A stretch of 64,000 nucleotides of DNA from the NCBI GenBank assembly GCA_951406725.2, contig OX597840.1, forward strand, positions 8,122,001-8,186,000. The letters run 5' to 3'. The position numbers were made by a program, and so were the translations under genes. Positions 46,266 through 64,000 of the stretch are shown here, one piece after another. Position 1 is the first letter of the stretch; the number at the start of each line of letters is the position of its first letter. A model generated the notes under the pieces. The model was not told where the DNA came from. It ran no database searches and saw only the letters and a program-made list of their open reading frames with translations. Origin of the DNA: Octopus vulgaris (lineage: Eukaryota).

Positions 46266-49200
46266 CTTTGTGTGTCTGTGTTTGTCCCCCTAGCATTGCT
46301 TGACAACCAATGCTGGTGTGTTTACGTCCCCGTAACTTAGCGGTTCGGCAAAAGAGGCCGATAGAATAAGTACTGGGCTTACAAAGAATAAGTCCCGGGG
46401 TCGATTTGCTCGACTAAAGGCGGTGCTCCCGCATGGCCGCAGTCAAATGACTGAAACAAGTAAAAGAGAAAAGAGAAGAAAATAGGAAAATATGTTGTTG
46501 AAAATGCACTTAAATTTCAAAAGCTCATAAATATTTAGCCCTTTAGGGTTCACATTATTCTGCCAAAATTAATCCTTCTTCATCCACATTGTTTTGAACT
46601 AATCAGGCATTATCTTGGAGTTATGAGATTATGATGAGGTAGCTGTTAACTTTTAAAACGATATTGCAGGGTTGGTGTGAGAGACCAGATCTGGTCAGTT
46701 TGAACATAAAACAGGCAGAATGCTTTTGGCCGGATGTAACCGGTTTAAATGCTAAAGGGTTAAAATACATTCATTTACATATATACCTATTTCTTTATTA
46801 CCCACAAGGGGCTAAACATAGACAGGATAAACAAGGACAGACATAGGTATTAAATCGATTACATCGACCCCCAGTGCGTAACTGGTACTTAATATATCAA
46901 CCCCGAAAGGATGAAAGGCCAAGTCGACCTCGGCGGAATTTGAACTCAGAACGTAACGACAGACGAAATACCGCTAAGCATTTCGCCCGGCGTGCTAACG
47001 TTTCTGCCAGCTCGCCGCCTTTTCCATATATATTTACATATATACCACTTGTTTTTATCAGTATGACTTGTCAACGACCACTGAAATTAATTAACCTTGT
47101 ACATTCTAACAAATTAATATACAGTTTTAATTTCAAACTTACACCTTCTGTTTTGAACATGATAATTTATTAACATTGAAACATTTTAAATTAGTAACAT
47201 TGAAAAATTTCAGTTTGTCGATATTGAAACATTTTGATTTGTCAACATTGAAACTTATAAGGATGTTTATCTAATTTTACACTTTTACCAGTGATAAACA
47301 AAAAATATTGTTGAAACTAGTCTGGTATATCTTTATATATAAAAGTCTTTATATATAAAAGAAAGGTTGTGTGTCTGTCTACTCCGATTTAGATTCCTAA
47401 CTACTCCCACATTTTTCGGTGCAGTTTAACCAAGTCTTGATTCATATCAAGCCCTTCGGGGTATTAGCGCGCATCTACGATGAGTCTACAATTTTAAAAA
47501 TAATTTACCATCATTTTTTTCCATTTTAATGCATATTTTTTAAATATAAGGGAAGTAACTCTCTAAAAATGTCTACGATGAGTCAACGATTTAAAAAAAA
47601 TTTACCATAATTTTTTTTCCATTTTTAATGCATTTTTTTCTATTTTTTGGCTATAACTCTCTAAAAATGCTTTATAGTTATTTCCCTTACAAACCCGAGC
47701 AACGCCGGGCGATACTGCTAGTATGTAAATAAATTTATTTTAAACATTTACGAGTTTCTGAAATTTAAGTGTATTTTCAACAACACATTTTCCTATTCTC
47801 TTTTCTCTTTCTCTTTACTTGTTTCAGTCATTTGACTGCGGCCATGCTGGAGCACCGCCTTTAGTCGAGCAACTCGACCCCGGGACTTATTCTTTTTGTA
47901 AGCCCAGTACTTATTCTATCGGTCTCTTTTTGCCGAACCGCTAAGTAACGGGGACGTAAACACACCAGCATCGGTTGTCAAGCAATGCTAGGGGGACAAA
48001 CACAGACACAAACACAAACATATATGTATATATATATATATATACATATATACGACAGGCTTCTTCAGTTTCCGTCTACCAAATCCACTCACAAGGCATT
48101 GGTCGGCCCGGGTTATAGCAGAAGACACTTGTCCAAGATGCCATGCAGTGGGACTGAACCCGGAACCATGTGGTTGGTTAGCAAGCTACTTACCACACAG
48201 CCACTCCTGCGTTGCTTATATTATATTCCAGCGTAGAAACACCACTCCCTCTTTTGCTATATATCTACCATGCCGGGAATGAAAACGCCACCCAAAGTCA
48301 AACAAAATGTAACTCGACACTCGACAAAATCTTACATGAAGAGAAAGATATTAATTCAAAACTCACACTCCTATTGGACAAATTTCGACAAATCACATTG
48401 CAAAGAAATATTCCCGGAAAACGGAATATCCCTACAGACAGAAATAAGTGAAACCATCCAAAAAAATCTGTAAAGCATTTGAAACCTCAGTAATGCAGAA
48501 ACCTGAAAATAACCGTAATTCTGGAATGGAAAACAATAGTTTCATATATCAACAGTCTTCCGATATCAAGAAAGCTATCTTTCAAGTAAGGACCAAAAAT
48601 CACAAAAATCACAAATTCGCTTTCTGGAACAGTCCTTTCCAATTTACTATTTTGCTTGGGTACAGTTGTAAGTTGTCTCTCCACCTGGCTCTCTCTCACT
48701 TCAGAAGAGTGCTAGGTACTTAAATATTCGTATGTTGGTTTCGTTTTTGCTTGGCCATATGGTCGCAGTTTGGATTAATGATGTGCCGGCGGCACGTAAA
48801 AAGCACCATCCGAATCGTGGCCGAAGCCAGTGCCGCTCGACTGGCTTCCGTGTCGGTGGCACGTAAAAAGCACTATCTGAATCGTGGCCGAAGCCAGTGC
48901 CGCACTATTGAATCGCCAGCCAGTGCCGCTCGACTGGCTTCCGTGCCGGTGGCACGTAAAATGCACCAATCCGACCGTGGCCATTGCCAGCCTCACCTGG
49001 CACCTGTGTGAGTGGCACGCAAAAAGCACCCACTACACTCACGGAGTGGTTGGTATTAAGAAGGGCATCCAGCTGTAGAAAGATTGCCAGATAAGACTGG
49101 AGCCTGGTGCAGCCTTCTGGCTTCCTAGATCCCCGGTCGAACCGTCCAACCCATGCTAGCATGGAGAACGGACGTTAAAAGATGATGATGATGATGATAA

Positions 49201-49456
49201 TGATGTATGCAGGAATTTAAGGTCTATGTAAAATCATTTCTTTGCTTCTTTTGCTTGCTGATTAACAGTAGAAATACGATTTGTTAATCTGTTTTCTTTT
49301 TCTCTTCAAATTTCAGAAGATAGGATATGTTTCTTATTTCTTTACTACCCGCAAGAGGCTAAACACAGAGAGGACAAACAAGGACCTGACATGACACGCA
49401 CAGACCCGGGTTTCTGGGTATTTACCCGTTGTCAGCGCACGACAATCACCGGTCTT

Positions 49457-49488
<32 letters not shown>

Positions 49489-49494
<6 letters not shown>

Positions 49495-49867
49495 TTTATA
49501 GAAGGAGCTTCTACAGGACTAGAACTATTTCATTCAAATGAAATCATCAGGAAGCTTGCTGTCAAAATAAGTTCTGGCATTTATACATTTAGGCAGATTT
49601 AATGGGGTGGTGGTGGGGGACATTTTTTGGGTAAGCAGGGCACAAACTGTCTTTCTTAGGGGAGTGGTCAAAATCAGTGATAAAGTAAATACTCCCCTAA
49701 GAAAAACAGTTTGTGCCCTGCTTACCCCAAAAATGTCCCCCACCACCACCCCATTAAATCTGCCTAAATGTATAAATGCCAGAACTTATTTTGACAGCAA
49801 GCTTCCTGATGATTTCATTTGAATGAAACAGTTCTAGTCCTGTAGAAGCTCCTTCTATAAAATAAAT
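49489..49867. repeat. ~175-bp-arm near-perfect palindrome with ~30-nt loop (4 copies: ~49489, 50747, 61174, 62440)
   Basis: The ORF track gives the same peptide on both strands; the arms end in outward-facing hammerhead motifs. Confidence 0.92.
49800..49850 (+). ncRNA. Type-I hammerhead ribozyme motif
   Basis: AGCTTC-CTGATGA-TTTCATTTGAAT-GAAA-CAG(TTCTAGTC)CTG-TA-GAAGCT: 6-bp stem I, ACAG/CTGT stem III, GUA site. Copies at 49506-49556(-), ~50397, ~51057, ~51660 and in the post-gap duplicate. Confidence 0.82.
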
Positions 49868-49932
49868 GAATTTACTCTGCTATGTATTGAGTACCTTATT
49901 TACTGTGGTTAACCCCGACTCAACCCGGGACC

Positions 49933-49973
<41 letters not shown>

Positions 49974-50120
49974 TAAAAGCAATTAAGATTCAAGTGAGTT
50001 CTGTTGAATTCACATGAATGCGGTACTTAACTTAGATGCTCCAGAAATCTATATGGTATTAACCATAAGATAATGCGGGGTGATTATAAACAAGAAAAAA
50101 GCAACAAAAATGGATCAATA

Positions 50121-50188
50121 TTTCGGTACAATTGTTTCGTACGAAACAATTGCAGCAAATACAAGCGACTCGTACTCATCAGCCGAAA
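50121..50188 (-). ncRNA. Type-I hammerhead ribozyme motif with palindromic stem III
   Basis: Minus strand: TTTCGG-CTGATGA-GTACGA...TCGTAC-GAAA-CAATTG-TA-CCGAAA. All core nucleotides are canonical; GUA site. Intact copy also near 61807-61874. Confidence 0.88.
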
Positions 50189-50457
50189 AAACATCTGAGT
50201 TCTCAAAACATCTAAGGGGGTGAGGCTACACTCCTGAAACATCAGGGATAGTTCTATAAAAATCAGATTTAAATAATAAACGGACTTCCATATTTGCAGC
50301 CTTAATAAAGGTGGTCTTCGTACGAAACAATTGTACCGAAATATTGATCCATTTTTGTTGCTTTTTTCTTTATATATATATATATATATATATCAGGCTT
50401 CCTGATGATTTCATTTGAATGAAACAGCTCTAATCCTGTAGAAGCTCCTTCTATAAA

Positions 50458-50542
<85 letters not shown>

Positions 50543-50688
50543 CTCTTCAAATTTCAGAAGATAGGATATATTTCTTATACCCGCAAGAGGCTAAACACAG
50601 AGAGGACAAACAAGGACCTGAAATGACACGCACAGACCCGGGTTTCTGGGTATTTACCCGTTGTCAGCGCACGACAATCACCGGTCTT

Positions 50689-50752
<64 letters not shown>

Positions 50753-51190
50753 TTTATAGAAGGAGTTTACAGGACTAAGAACTATTTCATTCAAATGAAA
50801 TCATCAGGAAGCTTGCTGTCAAAATAAGTTCTGGCATTTATACATTTAGGCAGATTTAATGGGGTGGTGGTGGGGGACATTTTTTGGGTAAGCAGGGCAC
50901 AAACTGTCTTTCTTAGGGGAGTGGTCAAAATCAGTGATAAAGTAAATACTCCCCTAAGAAAAACAGTTTTGTGCCCTGCTTACCCCAAAAATGTCCCCCA
51001 CCACCACCCCATTAAATCTGCCTAAATGTATAAATGCCAGAACTTATTTTGACAGCAAGCTTCCTGATGATTTCATTTGAATGAAATAGTTCTAGTCCTG
51101 TAGAAGCTCCTTCTATAAAATAAATGAATTTACTCTGCTATGTATTGAGTACCTTATTTACTGTGGTTAACCCCGACTCAACCCGGGACC

Positions 51191-51231
<41 letters not shown>

Positions 51232-51623
51232 TAAAAGCAATTAAGATTCAAGTGAGTTCTGTTGAATTCACATGAATGCGGTACTTAACTTAGATGCTCC
51301 AGAAATCTATATGGTATTAACCATAAGATAATGCGGGGTGATTATAAACAAGAAAAAAGCAACAAAAATGGATCAATATTTGCACAATTGTTTCGTACGA
51401 AACAATTGCAGCAAATACAAGCGACTCGTACTCATCAGCCGAAAAAACATCTGAGTTCTCAAAACATCTAAGGGGGTGAGGCTACACTCCTGAAACATCA
51501 GGGATAGTTCTATAAAAATCAGATTTAAATAATAAACGGACTTCCATATTTGCAGCCTTAATAAAGGTGGTCTTCGTACGAAACAATTGTACCGAAATAT
51601 TGATCCATTTTTGTTGCTTTTTT

Positions 51624-51659
<36 letters not shown>

Positions 51660-51724
51660 GCTTCCTGATGATTTCATTTGAATGAAACAGCTCTAGTCCT
51701 GTAGAAGCTCCTTCTATAAAATAA

Positions 51725-51857
<133 letters not shown>

Positions 51858-52677
51858 CGCAGGAGTGGCTGTGTGGTAAGTAGCTTGCTAACCAACTGCA
51901 TGGTTCCGGGTTCAGTCCCACTGTGTGGCATCTTAGGCAAGTGTCTTTTGCTATAGCTCCGGGCCGACCAATGCCTTGTGAGTGGATTTGGTAGACGGAA
52001 ACTGAAAGAAGCCTGTCGTATATATGTATATATATGTGTATGTATGTGTATGTGTTTGTGTGTCTGTGTTTGTACCCCTAGCATTGCTTGACAACCGATG
52101 CTGGTGTGTTTACGTCCCCGTCACTTAGCGGTTCGGCAAAAGAGACCGATAGAATAAGTACTGGGCTTACAAAAAATAAGTCCCGGGGTCGAGTTGCTCG
52201 ACTAAAGGCGGTGCTCCAGCATGGCCGCAGTCAAATGACTGAAACATGTAAAAGAGTAAAGAGTAAAGAGATATATGTATGTGTGTATGTGTGTATGTAT
52301 GTATGTATGTATGTATCTACTCACACACACACACACATGTATACACACATCACATGCACACATACACCTTCACATATATATCAGTGGAAAAGTATATATC
52401 ATCAAAGAAAAACGTACGTGATATTATGTAAAAATTGGTGAGTCGGCATGTAACTAAAGAATTAGGCTCGTGCCTATATATGCATGGAAGACTGACTAAT
52501 GACATGGGAGTCATTAACTGTGACCCTCTCTGTGTGATTGTGCGAGGGTGGCAGGAACGAAAGAGAGGGAGAGACAGACAGACTGACAGAGACAGAAGGA
52601 AGGAAAGAAGGGGTGTTTATCACATTAATAGGGCTTATGATAAACAGGATTACATATGTATCGATCTAAGGAGTGGC

Positions 52678-52777
52678 NNNNNNNNNNNNNNNNNNNNNNN
52701 NNNNNNNNNNNNNNNNNNNNNNNNNNNNNNNNNNNNNNNNNNNNNNNNNNNNNNNNNNNNNNNNNNNNNNNNNNNNN
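52678..52777. other. Assembly gap (100 N)
   Basis: Run of exactly 100 N, typical of an unsized scaffold join. Confidence 0.99.

Positions 52778-64000
<11,223 letters not shown>

Noticed and set aside
49534-49822. 71-aa ORFs on both strands
   Set aside because: By-product of the palindrome; no coding signature.

Overview
AT-rich, repeat-dense animal DNA. The tRNA-derived SINE families, CR1/RTE fragments and (TA)n tracts look like an Octopus genome (inferred from repeat content). A complete six-exon gene can be assembled by hand on the minus strand (43658->20062). All introns are GT-AG with matching phases, giving 1542 nt = 513 aa. The protein has a signal peptide, an invertebrate lysozyme-like-looking domain, a VWA domain with intact MIDAS, a beta-rich domain and a GPI-like tail. 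The last two exons of a diverged paralogue lie tail-to-tail on the plus strand inside a >10 kb inverted duplication. Intron 4 of both copies carries a 59-bp minisatellite whose unit is a GT...AG cassette copied from the intron/exon-5 boundary. Intron 1 carries a 560-bp tandem/inverted array with one type-I hammerhead ribozyme motif per unit (retrozyme / Penelope pLTR-like), inserted into (TA)n. A second cluster of hammerheads from three sequence families lies upstream of the gene, and another lies in the probable 3' UTR. About 11.6 kb including exon 1 is repeated on either side of a 100-N gap, possibly an assembly artefact. Almost all entries in the ORF track are spurious repeat translations.
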